From a virus (taxonomy: Duplodnaviria; Heunggongvirae; Uroviricota; Caudoviricetes), in the IMG/VR virus record IMGVR_UViG_3300036771_000024, positions 55,392 through 119,391 of that record: DNA of 64,000 bases; one strand, written 5' to 3'. Positions 18,961 through 28,010 of this stretch are shown here, piece after piece (position 1 is the stretch's first letter; each line of letters opens with the position of its first letter). The translations under genes and the position numbers were made by a program. The notes below the pieces were generated by a model. The model was not told the DNA's origin and made no database searches. It saw only the letters and a program-made list of their open reading frames with translations.

Positions 18961-19449
18961 ATGATTACCGGTAAGCGGCTGCGCCGCGCAGGCGCTCTCA
19001 TCCTGATCACAGCGGGCCTGTGCACGGCACCCGCTGTCATGGCGACGCCCGCGGCGCATGCCGCTGTAATCGCCCCTGCTGTCACCGGGAACACTGTCGG
19101 TGACAGGGTGCTGAATCGTGCGATAACCAGGGCAGGCGACTGGTACTCGTACGGGTCCTCTGGTCCCGCGTTTTTCGACTGCTCCGGCCTGGTGTACTGG
19201 GCTGCCGGGCAGCTCGGGATCAGCCTTCCCAGGACCACGTACGGGATGCTGGCCGGGTCTGCGCATCTCTACCGGATTCCCCTGTCATCAATCCGGCGGG
19301 GTGACCTCGTGTTCTACGGGTCAGGTCATGTGGAAATCAACACGGCCTGGTCGCACACCTCGTTCGGTGCGCACCACTCTGGGACCCGCGTGGGCTGGCA
19401 GTCATGGTCGGTGTACTATCATCCGACCGAGGCGATGCGGCTTCGCTGA
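18961..19449 (+). CDS. secreted NlpC/P60 family peptidase
   Basis: Signal peptide (alt. GTG start 18934); DCSGLVYWAAGQLGI (catalytic Cys), GDLVFYGSGHVEI (His). Confidence 0.7.
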   Translation: MITGKRLRRAGALILITAGLCTAPAVMATPAAHAAVIAPAVTGNTVGDRVLNRAITRAGDWYSYGSSGPAFFDCSGLVYWAAGQLGISLPRTTYGMLAGSAHLYRIPLSSIRRGDLVFYGSGHVEINTAWSHTSFGAHHSGTRVGWQSWSVYYHPTEAMRLR

Positions 19450-19467
19450 GCCCGTTATCGCAGCAAA

Positions 19468-19508
19468 GAACCCCCCGCCCATCACTGGGCGGGGGGTTCT
19501 TTCGGGTG
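19468..19508. terminator. bidirectional rho-independent terminator between convergent genes
   Basis: AAAGAACCCCCCGCCC-atcact-GGGCGGGGGGTTCTTT: A-run/hairpin/T-run. Confidence 0.65.
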
Positions 19509-19574
19509 CAGGGCCCGGCAGGAACCAGAACATTACTGCACTGGTTATCTGTCAGTGCCTAGTGTACGTCAGCC

Positions 19575-20690
19575 CTACGGGAGAGACCAGGCTTGGTTCC
19601 TCTGACCGTTGAACGGGTAGACGATAACCTTCGCACCGTTACTGGTATTGAACGCGGCGTCGTCCAGAACCCGGCCACCGTCGAAGGCGGTCGGGAACCG
19701 GTAGTAAACGCCGCAGTGGCAGGCACCGGCACCGTGAACCGGGGTGATGGTCTGCCTCGGAGCGGCAGCACACACGCCCAGCACCACGCGGCCGGTCCCG
19801 TTGGGAGCGGTCACGCACCAGTGATCGTTGGCAGCCAGCTTCATCTGGTAGGTCCCGCTGTTACCGATCGGGACCAGCTTCCACTGCTGGTTGTTGTTTC
19901 CGTTGCACCGCCAGATTTCCAGCGGATTGAACGCTGCCAGGTGACCGCCAGTGTTGTCCAGGCAGGACACGCTGTGGTTGGAGAACGTGGATACCTGACC
20001 AGGGCCGATCACAGGCGGAGGCGGCGGGGTCGTGACGCAGACCTTGCCGGTGATGTTCCCGTCACCGACACTGTTTCCGTCATTGTTGGAACTGGAATCG
20101 ACCCATGTTTCGCATCCGCTGGTGTCGTAGGTCCAGCTGTAAGCACCGTCCTGGACGGTACCGAAACTCGTACTAGCCGGGAAAGCCTGCTTATACCAGT
20201 TTTCCGTTGAATGGAACCCGGTACCTGTTGAGACACCGTGGTCGTCCTCACTTGCCGGTACGAGCGAACTGTCCGGCGCGTTATCTGAGAAGACATGCTG
20301 CGTGTAGCCACCTGAGAAGTTACCCGTAACGGCGGGCGACGTGATACTCAGGGCCGCTCCCACGTGCGGGCTGTTCACGTTCGGGGCACCAGCGCCCGGA
20401 CGAGTGGTGAACGTCCCGTGGTCGCTGAGCGTCACGGCGTAACAGGAATCTCCTGCCGGTGTCACAGGACCGCAGTTCGTGTCCGTGGCATCCACGTTGA
20501 CAGTCAGCGTGCGGGTGAACGTGTCATCCGCCCAGATTGCGGGTGTGCCGTGACCACCGTCGGGCCTGTTGCTAACAGCGGTAGAAGCGCTTGTCGCAGC
20601 CGAGGCTGCTGACGTAGATAGCGACAGCACCCCCAGCGCTACGCCTGCGGCTGCCAGTACCGGCGCAGCCGCATGCCTGAATTTGAACAT
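19575..20690 (-). CDS. secreted protein with C-terminal ricin-B-type lectin domain
   Basis: Signal peptide; C-terminal repeats with QxW motifs (NNNQQWKL, RNQAWSL), conserved Cys pairs; Ser/Thr/Pro-rich linker PPPPPV. Confidence 0.6.
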   Translation of the reverse strand: MFKFRHAAAPVLAAAGVALGVLSLSTSAASAATSASTAVSNRPDGGHGTPAIWADDTFTRTLTVNVDATDTNCGPVTPAGDSCYAVTLSDHGTFTTRPGAGAPNVNSPHVGAALSITSPAVTGNFSGGYTQHVFSDNAPDSSLVPASEDDHGVSTGTGFHSTENWYKQAFPASTSFGTVQDGAYSWTYDTSGCETWVDSSSNNDGNSVGDGNITGKVCVTTPPPPPVIGPGQVSTFSNHSVSCLDNTGGHLAAFNPLEIWRCNGNNNQQWKLVPIGNSGTYQMKLAANDHWCVTAPNGTGRVVLGVCAAAPRQTITPVHGAGACHCGVYYRFPTAFDGGRVLDDAAFNTSNGAKVIVYPFNGQRNQAWSLP

Positions 20691-20754
20691 TCATGTTCCT
20701 TTCAGAGAGTTTACCCACGCCACGGTACACCCGTGGTACAGAAATGGCCACAGC

Positions 20755-20925
20755 AGCCTGGTCACGGAAGTGTCTCCTCCTGTAGTTTCTCTTTGTACAG
20801 TTCGAGGAACCGGCAGAGCTGCTCGGCCAGTTTCGTGACCTGACCTTGGAGTTCACCTACCGCCATCCAGAGCTGGACCACGTCCTGCTTGGTCGCCAGC
20901 TCGGATGGCTCAGGTGGTATCAGGC
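20755..20925 (-). CDS. small hypothetical protein (55 aa)
   Basis: ATG immediately follows stop of upstream gene (TGAATG); protein-like sequence. Confidence 0.25.
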
Positions 20926-21209
20926 TCATTCAGCAGGCGCTCCTTCCGTATCCGCCTGCGCTCACCGCAGTAGTCCGTGTTGGCCTTGGTGCACTCGTCG
21001 CAGTGGCACCCCCAGTTGGAGTACCCGCCCGGGGTGCCGTGCGGGACCAGGGTGGGGTCTTTCACGCCCCGGGCAGTCCTGGCCCTGCGCTGCGCGTTAC
21101 CCCGGGCTGTGTTCGCCGCCTTGCAGGTCTTGCACCGGCACCCGTACCGCATGTACCCCTGCACGTTGTGGACGGGTGACGGGCGTCCGTCAGTAACCGT
21201 TGCCGACAC
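20910..21209 (-). CDS. Cys-rich protein with tandem GY-x2-GC(R/H)C-x2-C motifs (putative zinc-binding DNA-binding protein)
   Basis: QGYMRYGCRCKTCKAAN and PGGYSNWGCHCDECTKAN repeats; basic inter-repeat region. Confidence 0.4.
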   Translation of the reverse strand: MSATVTDGRPSPVHNVQGYMRYGCRCKTCKAANTARGNAQRRARTARGVKDPTLVPHGTPGGYSNWGCHCDECTKANTDYCGERRRIRKERLLNEPDTT

Positions 21210-22068
21210 GATTCTCCCGGTACAGCCACTCGATGCGGATCAGCGCAGCCTGGATCTCACGGGCCCGGTCAGCGAACTGCTTCCGGGTCATCACGCCACG
21301 GTCACCCGCCAGGATGGCACGCTCAGCAGCGAGCACGTCGCCACGTGCGCATCCCAGGCGGTCCCACGGGGTCCTGGGGACGACCGGGGGGATGTTCACC
21401 ATTTTGCCGGTCAGGATGGTCCGCTCAGCGGCGGCTTCCTTCACTGCCACGTCCACGCGGCGGATCTCACCGGTTTCGATCTTCCGCATCGTGTCCGGTG
21501 CTTCGCTGATCCGTGCTTCATCGAACCGTTCGAGGGTCCGGGGGGTGATCTGCCGGCCGAGGCGTTTCGCTGCGAGATTCGCCCACGGGGCAGCACCCGG
21601 TGGCATCGAACCGTCAGCGTCCGGTATGCGGGGCCCAGCCTCAGCCTTGGCTGCCTTGATGAATCCGAAACGGTCGGCTGCGAGCGCGATCTGGGGGATG
21701 GTCAGGTGGCGTCGTGCCGCGTTAGCGGACCACACGAACGCGCGGGCGTCAGCCTCGGTCCCGTTGAAGTTCTTGAGCTGGACGGGGACGCCGAGTGTGG
21801 CGGCTACGGCGAGCCGGTTCCTGCCGTCGAGGACCATGTCCTCGAACATGACGAGGGGTTCGTTGACGCCGTGTTCTTTGATGTCGTCGTAGAGGCGGTC
21901 CAGGTCACCGAGGGCGATCAGGGGGATGAGCCGGGCGAAGGGGTGAACGGTGAGTTCTCGTTCATCGACGGTGCCGTCACCGTCTACGAGGACCTTCACG
22001 GAGTCGTCTTCCCCGCTGGTCAGCCTGGTGGCTGCCTGGCGGTGCTGGGTGTCAAGTGTCTCTTCCAT
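21190..22068 (-). CDS. ParB-like nuclease domain protein
   Basis: N-terminal ParB/Srx-type domain (HPFARLIPL...DGRNRLAVAATLG); start ATG chosen at MEETL. Confidence 0.55.
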   Translation of the reverse strand: MEETLDTQHRQAATRLTSGEDDSVKVLVDGDGTVDERELTVHPFARLIPLIALGDLDRLYDDIKEHGVNEPLVMFEDMVLDGRNRLAVAATLGVPVQLKNFNGTEADARAFVWSANAARRHLTIPQIALAADRFGFIKAAKAEAGPRIPDADGSMPPGAAPWANLAAKRLGRQITPRTLERFDEARISEAPDTMRKIETGEIRRVDVAVKEAAAERTILTGKMVNIPPVVPRTPWDRLGCARGDVLAAERAILAGDRGVMTRKQFADRAREIQAALIRIEWLYRENRVGNGY

Positions 22069-22384
22069 TGTCCTTCTACTGTAGCACACAATACCTGCTG
22101 TGTGCCAGGGGAGCTGCCCACGACCCTGGGCTCGGTGAGGCTTGCGCCCTCTGGCTGGCAGGCCCTCAGCCTGTCTGCTCCCCTGGCACGTATATAGTAC
22201 ACGGACATTTGCCTGTGCGCTCCGTCGTCAGGCACGAGCTACGCTGCCCCTTACGCTTCCCCACGTCGATGATGTCGTGCTCAACCATGGGATGTGTGCA
22301 GGTACAGGGGGTCATCCACAGCCTGACCTTGACGAGTACGTCAGGGCCTCCCTCGCACCGCTGAGGGTCAACCATATGCTCCAG

Positions 22385-22446
22385 CCAAAAACAAAAAAGG
22401 CATGGCCCCGAACCCTTGCGGGTCGCCCTGGGGCCATGCCAAAATT
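22385..22446 (-). terminator. strong hairpin with T-run on minus strand
   Basis: GGCATGGCCCC-21 nt-GGGGCCATGCC, 11-bp stem; plus-strand A-run CCAAAAACAAAAAAGG upstream = T-run for minus-strand transcript. Confidence 0.4.
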
Positions 22447-22762
22447 GGGGCTTGTTCTCTCCGCGGAGACAATGATACCAAGCAAGACGCGGCGCGCACA
22501 ACGCCCCGGGTCCTGTTTTTCGTGCCTGCACCAGCTCGAGGTGTCAGCGCCGAGACCGTGGCTCCGCTCTAACCTCAGCTTCGCTGAGGGAGAAGGTCAA
22601 GGTCAAGACCCTCCGTAGCAACCTTGGCTTCGCCAAGGTCACTACGGCTCGTAACAGGCGGACCTGTAGGATTCCGGTACGGTGACCAGGCTGGACCAGG
22701 GGACCAACGTACATGAGACACGTGTGGTTGACAGCATACCCTGACAGGCTTACATTCTAGAT

Positions 22763-23680
22763 ATGCCAGAACTATCACCCGGCCGGCCTGCCATGAGGCA
22801 GATCATGGAAATGCTCGAAGAGGCAGGCAGCGACGGTCTCTACGCCACCGAGATCGCGAAGCGTTTCGCCGAGCAAGTACCCGGTAAGACGTACCAGTGG
22901 ACAAACGGCCTCCTAGCCCGGGCTAAGTGCGACGGCAGGGCGCGCCGCACCCCGCACCGCCAGCTACCGCCCGGTTTCACCGATAAGCGGATGCGCTCGT
23001 TCCGCTGGTTCATTACCGATAAGGGCCTGAAGTACCTGCGGCCGATCCCGATACCGGATATCGCGACGCTGGATGAGGCACCGAACCCGAAGCGGATCCT
23101 GGAGATCCTCAAGGACGCCGGGGCTGAGGGGATGCGTGCCCCGGACATCGCGCGGAACTTCCATGTGCCCCCGGTGTACATGCAGTCGATGGCGCACCTG
23201 CGGGACGAGTCGCGGGTGCTCCAGCGGAAGATGACGTGGACGAACCAGATCCTGGACCGGTTCAAGCGGAACGGGTACGCCCGCAAGGGCGGTAAGGAAA
23301 TGTCACCGCACTACCACAACGTCCCCGCGTACCGGTGGTTCATCACGCCGGAGGGGGTTTCTTACCTGGCTGACGGGCTGGATGAGGGCCGCAGGCAGAT
23401 GCGGCGTGACCGTGAGGCAGCCGAGGACGCCCGCCTGGCGGCGCACCGGAAGCACCTGAATGACCTGCTGACGCAGGCGTACGTGGAGAACGACCCGGCG
23501 ACCACGACGGCGTGCGAACGGGAACGAGTGATGCGGAAGCTGCGCGAAGAGGGCTGCACGCTACAGGACATCGGTGATGTCTTCGGTATCACCCGGGAAC
23601 GGGTCCGCCAGGTCATCCATGGTGTCAACGTGAACCCGTGCCAGTGCGAGAAATGCGCGATGTTCGACGGGCCGTGGTGA
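22763..23680 (+). CDS. DNA-binding regulator with two winged-helix-like repeats and C-terminal sigma-70 region-4-like HTH
   Basis: Repeats ILEMLEEAGSDGLYATEIAKRF / ILEILKDAGAEGMRAPDIARNF; C-terminal EGCTLQDIGDVFGITRERVRQVI. Confidence 0.5.
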   Translation: MPELSPGRPAMRQIMEMLEEAGSDGLYATEIAKRFAEQVPGKTYQWTNGLLARAKCDGRARRTPHRQLPPGFTDKRMRSFRWFITDKGLKYLRPIPIPDIATLDEAPNPKRILEILKDAGAEGMRAPDIARNFHVPPVYMQSMAHLRDESRVLQRKMTWTNQILDRFKRNGYARKGGKEMSPHYHNVPAYRWFITPEGVSYLADGLDEGRRQMRRDREAAEDARLAAHRKHLNDLLTQAYVENDPATTTACERERVMRKLREEGCTLQDIGDVFGITRERVRQVIHGVNVNPCQCEKCAMFDGPW

Positions 23681-23683
23681 GCC

Positions 23684-24040
23684 GTGACGAACTGCTTCCA
23701 CTGCGGTGACGACGGTCATCTGGCCCGTGAGTGCCCCCGGAACAAGACCACGACGCAGGCACCGCCTCCGTCCACGAAGATGCGGGGCGTGCCGACCACG
23801 TGGTGCTCGTACTGCGACGAGGCGACCAGGCTGGTAGAGCTGGAACATTCGGTGGAACGCTGCCCCAACTGCCACCCGCTGAGATTTCACGCCCTGGCGC
23901 AGTCCCGCAAGTGCCCGACATGTAACCAGACCGTGTACGAGTGGGATCACGCACCGTGCGGGTGCCACGCCCGCCCTGGCCTGCCCCTGCCGCGCCCTGC
24001 TACGAAGGGCCGCCCCGATTCCACGAGGACGGCCACGTGA
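23684..24040 (+). CDS. CCHC zinc-knuckle protein
   Basis: N-terminal CFHCGDDGHLARECP = C-x2-C-x4-H-x4-C knuckle; further CxxC pairs; GTG start overlapping upstream stop. Confidence 0.45.
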   Translation: MTNCFHCGDDGHLARECPRNKTTTQAPPPSTKMRGVPTTWCSYCDEATRLVELEHSVERCPNCHPLRFHALAQSRKCPTCNQTVYEWDHAPCGCHARPGLPLPRPATKGRPDSTRTAT

Positions 24041-24324
24041 AACCACGCTGCGGGGCTGAGATGCACGCGTATGAAGCTGTATGGGGGGCACTGCTCGACC
24101 CTGTGCTCTGCGGTAGGCCCGAAGGTCACGTCGGCAGGCACCGGTCGGAGCAGGCAATCCGTAAAGAACGTGACCGTGGCCGCCGGAAATGGGCTGAGTA
24201 CAGCAGGCTGCGCAGGCAGCGTGCGGCACAGGAACGGATGCGTGCCGAGCTGGTCGCCGCAGTGGAGGCGTCAGCGAAACACGCTAAGGACATGGCGATG
24301 CGCACACGCGAGGTGAACTGGTGA
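24037..24324 (+). CDS. hypothetical protein
   Basis: GTG at 24037; basic/coiled C-terminal region. Confidence 0.3.
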   Translation: MKPRCGAEMHAYEAVWGALLDPVLCGRPEGHVGRHRSEQAIRKERDRGRRKWAEYSRLRRQRAAQERMRAELVAAVEASAKHAKDMAMRTREVNW

Positions 24325-24400
24325 GCATGACCAAGATGTGCGGCGTGTGCGGCAAGGTCTTCTGGGTCAGGCAAGGACACAAATGCAAGGGACGACCGAA

Positions 24401-24577
24401 ATGATCACCGTGACGTACCCCTGGTGGGCGTTCTTCTTGTTCTTCTTCTTCATAGTGCCAGTTATCCGCCTCGCCGATTACACCGGCGAGAAGCTGGGTC
24501 ACTGGTCATACCGCACGTGGCACGATTGGAGGGAAAGCCGTGAACCTGGACGAGGACGCCCTGATAGCAGCCGCTGA
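24401..24577 (+). CDS. small membrane peptide (58 aa)
   Basis: WWAFFLFFFFIVPVI hydrophobic segment. Confidence 0.3.
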   Translation: MITVTYPWWAFFLFFFFIVPVIRLADYTGEKLGHWSYRTWHDWRESREPGRGRPDSSR

Positions 24578-24965
24578 CCTGGTAGGCCGCACGGGCGCTA
24601 AGGGTTTCGAGATCGGATTCGTGCACGATGACGTACCGGTTGAGGAGGCTGCCTGGTACGCGCACGCCCAGTATCAGGGTGCGCGTATCACCGAGGAAGG
24701 GCACACCGGCCCCGTGCAGGCGGCTGAGGCGCTGGCCCGCCGCCTGCTCGAAGGAGGCAAGTGTACTAAGTGCGGCGGTTTGGTCGCGCTGTCCAGCCGC
24801 GGCGCGGTCGTCTACCCGGGTTCTAAGCTGAGCGACGGTACTCCGTGGGGAGTTCCCGAGGCCCGGGCTGCACGTCAGTGCCGGTGGACTCGAATGGGCG
24901 ATAGGTGGGTCGCTGGATGCCTCCGCACGCTGCGCACATCCACCGGCCCTGACGGCGGACGATGA
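24540..24965 (+). CDS. hypothetical protein
   Basis: 141 aa; KCTKCGG zinc-ribbon-like motif. Confidence 0.35.
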   Translation: MNLDEDALIAAADLVGRTGAKGFEIGFVHDDVPVEEAAWYAHAQYQGARITEEGHTGPVQAAEALARRLLEGGKCTKCGGLVALSSRGAVVYPGSKLSDGTPWGVPEARAARQCRWTRMGDRWVAGCLRTLRTSTGPDGGR

Positions 24966-25248
24966 GGTTCCCGCGGACCACGTAGTGGCCGCAGGAAACA
25001 ACGGAAGACTTACGCGCCTTCCGCACGCACACTTCCTTCACGGTACTCATGAGTAGCATTATACCTTCACGTAAGGGTTGAAACGTGGACAGCAAGGAAC
25101 GGAAACTGCTCAGGAAAGTGAACAAGGCCGCATCGGCGCTCAGGAAAGCGCTCAGGACAGGCAAGACCCCCGCTGAATGCAACCGGCTCGCAGAGGAGCT
25201 AGCCAGGGCGCAGCGCGAGCTGGCGAACTACCAGCTGCTGAACCCGTG

Positions 25249-25935
25249 ATGATCCCCCCGCCGCACCTGATGGTGCGGGTCAGCCGCAACGACGACCCCC
25301 AGACGTGGATCGACACAGGCAAGCGCCTGGCCGTGAAAATGATGGACACGGCGGGCGGGTGGTCGCAGCGACCGGTCCGGGACATACTGGACTGGGGTTG
25401 CGGCCCTGGTCGTGTCTCGTCGCAGATCACCGAGAATTACCCGCCCGGCATCACGGTGTACGGGTGCGACGTGGACGCCGAGGCGATCGGATGGGCCGCT
25501 GAGCATGTTACCGGCCAGTACGCCGTGTCGTCCCTGTCACCACCCCTGCCGTACGAGGATCAGTCGTTTGATGCTGTGCTGGCAGCCTCTGTGTTCACGC
25601 ACCTGCCACGCAGGATGCAACGGGTATGGCTGAGAGAGCTGGCCAGGGTCCTGCGCCCTGGTGGCGTCCTGGTCGCCTCGGTGCACGGCCAGGCAGCAGC
25701 CGAGTCGTTCGGGGTGACGGACCTGGCAGGCATCCAGGACCACTACCTGGACGAGAGCCTCAACGGGATAGCACCGGACGGGTACTACCGGGCTGTGCTG
25801 CAAACAGAGCAATACACGCGCAGCGCATGGTCGGACCGGTTCGTGATCGTCGCATACGAAGAGGCAGCCCTGGACCTGCACGATATGGTGGTGCTGAGGC
25901 CACGGTGCGCCACCCCGGAGCCCGCTAAGCGCTAG
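25249..25935 (+). CDS. class I SAM-dependent methyltransferase
   Basis: Motif I ILDWGCGPGRV, acidic loop VYGCDVD, motif FDAVLAASVFTHL, LRPGGVLVAS. Confidence 0.65.
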   Translation: MIPPPHLMVRVSRNDDPQTWIDTGKRLAVKMMDTAGGWSQRPVRDILDWGCGPGRVSSQITENYPPGITVYGCDVDAEAIGWAAEHVTGQYAVSSLSPPLPYEDQSFDAVLAASVFTHLPRRMQRVWLRELARVLRPGGVLVASVHGQAAAESFGVTDLAGIQDHYLDESLNGIAPDGYYRAVLQTEQYTRSAWSDRFVIVAYEEAALDLHDMVVLRPRCATPEPAKR

Positions 25936-26014
25936 CTTTTACCCTGCCATTTGAAACCAGGTCCGGGGCGCACTCCCGTAGAGCACTGACGCACCGCCCT
26001 TCTATCATAGGGGC

Positions 26015-26335
26015 GTGACCCTCACCGACGCACAGATCAGGGAACGGGACTGTGACCGGTGCGCCCGCTGCGGCGGTGTCAAAGGCGGCCTGCACATTCA
26101 CCACCGGTGGATGCGCTCAGCAGGAACCGACGAGTCAGGCTGCAACCGGGTGACGCTGTGTTCGTACTGTCACAACTACGTCCACGCGCACCCTGGCTCG
26201 GCCATCGATGACGGGTGGCTCGTCGGACGGTACGGTGACCCGGCCGAGGTCGAGATCCAGCATGCGATGTGGCCCACGTGGCCCATCCTGCTGGAACCGG
26301 AGGGTGGCATCACCCCTGTCATAGCCGAAGAATAA
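26015..26335 (+). CDS. HNH endonuclease
   Basis: CxxC...LHIHH...CSYCHNYVH zinc/HNH motif. Confidence 0.6.
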   Translation: MTLTDAQIRERDCDRCARCGGVKGGLHIHHRWMRSAGTDESGCNRVTLCSYCHNYVHAHPGSAIDDGWLVGRYGDPAEVEIQHAMWPTWPILLEPEGGITPVIAEE

Positions 26336-26378
26336 TCCTGTTGGCGTAGCGCCCTGTCCTAGCGTAGTATTACCTGTT

Positions 26379-27155
26379 ATGGCTACATACCTGCACCAGC
26401 TCATCGCCGTGCAAAGAGGCGTGGACGAAGAGACCGCCAAGACGCTCGGTGCCGTGAAGCACCTGCTCGCAGTCGGTGGTGACCAGGACCCTCTGACCGG
26501 CCTGTCCAGGGTGTACGAAGCACGCTCTGATGACCCCGCAGAAGAGTTGCCCGCGCAGTCCCGCAAGGTGCAGATCACCGCAGCCGAGCTGACCGGCAAG
26601 GTGGCGTCTGCGCTGGACCGCCTGTTCAACCTCAAGTTCACCCGTGAAGAGGGGAACTGCAACGCCCGCGCGGACGTGGTAGTGGACGGTCACGTCATCC
26701 TGACGGGTGTCCCGGTCGGGTTCCTGATGTTCATGGAGGCGCAGGTCGGGCAGATCATCGGCCTGATCGACCAGATCCCCACGCTGAACCCCGCTGACGA
26801 CTGGTCTGACACCGCACCGGGCCTGCGTGAGGGCGTATGGGCGTCCGCACCACGAAAGACAGCTGTGCCCAAGCGCATGCCGCAGGTGCAGGTGCTGTCT
26901 CCCGCTCAGGTGATCGACGGGCAGAAGTTCGACCCGCAGGTCCGCCCCTACGAGACCGAGGTCACCGTGGGCTGGTGGACCACGGTCAAGTACTCGGGCC
27001 AGATGGACCCGAAGGTGCAGCAGGACATGCGCGCCCGCGCCGTCAAGGTGCAGGACGCGGTGCGTAAGGCACGCGAGGCAGCGAACCGGCTGGAAGTCAC
27101 CGACGTACAGGCCACGCCCCTGCTGGAGTACATCTTCGGTGATGTGGTAGCGTGA
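26379..27155 (+). CDS. hypothetical protein
   Basis: 258 aa, protein-like, no motif. Confidence 0.5.
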   Translation: MATYLHQLIAVQRGVDEETAKTLGAVKHLLAVGGDQDPLTGLSRVYEARSDDPAEELPAQSRKVQITAAELTGKVASALDRLFNLKFTREEGNCNARADVVVDGHVILTGVPVGFLMFMEAQVGQIIGLIDQIPTLNPADDWSDTAPGLREGVWASAPRKTAVPKRMPQVQVLSPAQVIDGQKFDPQVRPYETEVTVGWWTTVKYSGQMDPKVQQDMRARAVKVQDAVRKAREAANRLEVTDVQATPLLEYIFGDVVA

Positions 27156-27624
27156 CCCGTAGGGTGACAATTTCTGGTGGATTGTCTGCGGGTGTTCGTG
27201 GCCGGGGCTGACGATGTAACAGTCGTCACCCCGGCTGCGGGCGTAGAAGAGGCATACGACATCCTCGTAGACGGGGGTGTCGCACCCCAGAAAGCCGCTG
27301 ACCTGGCCGTGGGTTTCGCCCGGATCGGCCCGCCGGGGCCAGAGTGGGCGCGGAGCCACGAAGAAATGTACCCCGTGTTCCAGGCGCGGAAGTTCCTCCG
27401 CCTGCGGGCGAGCCTTACGTGAAAAAGAACTGTAGGAACAGGGGGCAGGGCCTGTACTGTGCCTGTTTCTGCCTGAAATGCTCAGCCTGCCACCATTGCA
27501 AACGACACTGGCGTGGCTGTCACGCAGGCTGCTCACCAGCGCCACGTGTCAGCGGGAAGATCAAAGGTAAATGGGTATAGTGCCTGCCCGTCCACCCGGA
27601 TGTGGCACCAGCCAGCCGTACGTA

Positions 27625-27668
27625 CCTGCGGAATCGAACCGCGCACACAGAGTCGAACTGTGCGGGCA
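27625..27668 (-). other. two tRNA T-arm-like fragments (GGTTCGATTCC, GTTCGACTC) on minus strand
   Basis: Plus-strand CGGAATCGAACCGCG and GAGTCGAACTGTGC; no complementary acceptor stem found. Confidence 0.25.
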
Positions 27669-27796
27669 GGCAGAATCTATGCTACGTTAGACGTAGAGCA
27701 CAGCTTCCTCGTCGTCATTGTCTTCATGGTCATCATCGTTGTTATGCTCCAGCTTCCTCATCATCACCGCACCTGCCAGGACTGTACCCGGTAGGC

Positions 27797-27831
27797 ACCG
27801 TAGGTCGCGGGTTCGACACCCGCCCCCGCCT
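27797..27831 (+). tRNA. tRNA 3'-half-like element: anticodon-stem 3' strand ACCGT, variable AGGTC, T-arm GCGGG-TTCGACA-CCCGC, acceptor 3' strand CCCCGCC, discriminator T
   Basis: Read directly; pairs perfectly with the 5'-half at 27921. Confidence 0.35.
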
Positions 27832-27920
27832 CGAAAGTAAAACCGCAGGACAGTTGCTACCGCGTTCCTGCGGGCCGGGCGCTGAAAATAAGACGCCAGG
27901 CTAGAGCGGTAGCGCACCAT

Positions 27921-27957
27921 GGCGGGGTAGCTCAGTGGCAGAGCGACGGTAGTCACA
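27921..27957 (+). tRNA. tRNA 5'-half-like element: acceptor GGCGGGG, TA, D-arm GCTC-AGTGGCA-GAGC, G, anticodon-stem 5' strand ACGGT
   Basis: Canonical tRNA 5' sequence; no matching 3' half downstream; complementary 3' half lies 89 nt UPSTREAM. Confidence 0.35.
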
Positions 27958-28010
27958 AGAACCCGGGGCGGGACACCGGGCAGGGATAGGGCGGCTTACA
28001 TGTCGTTAGT

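Noticed and set aside
21200-21892. 230-aa plus-strand ORF
   Set aside because: Antisense to the ParB-like gene.
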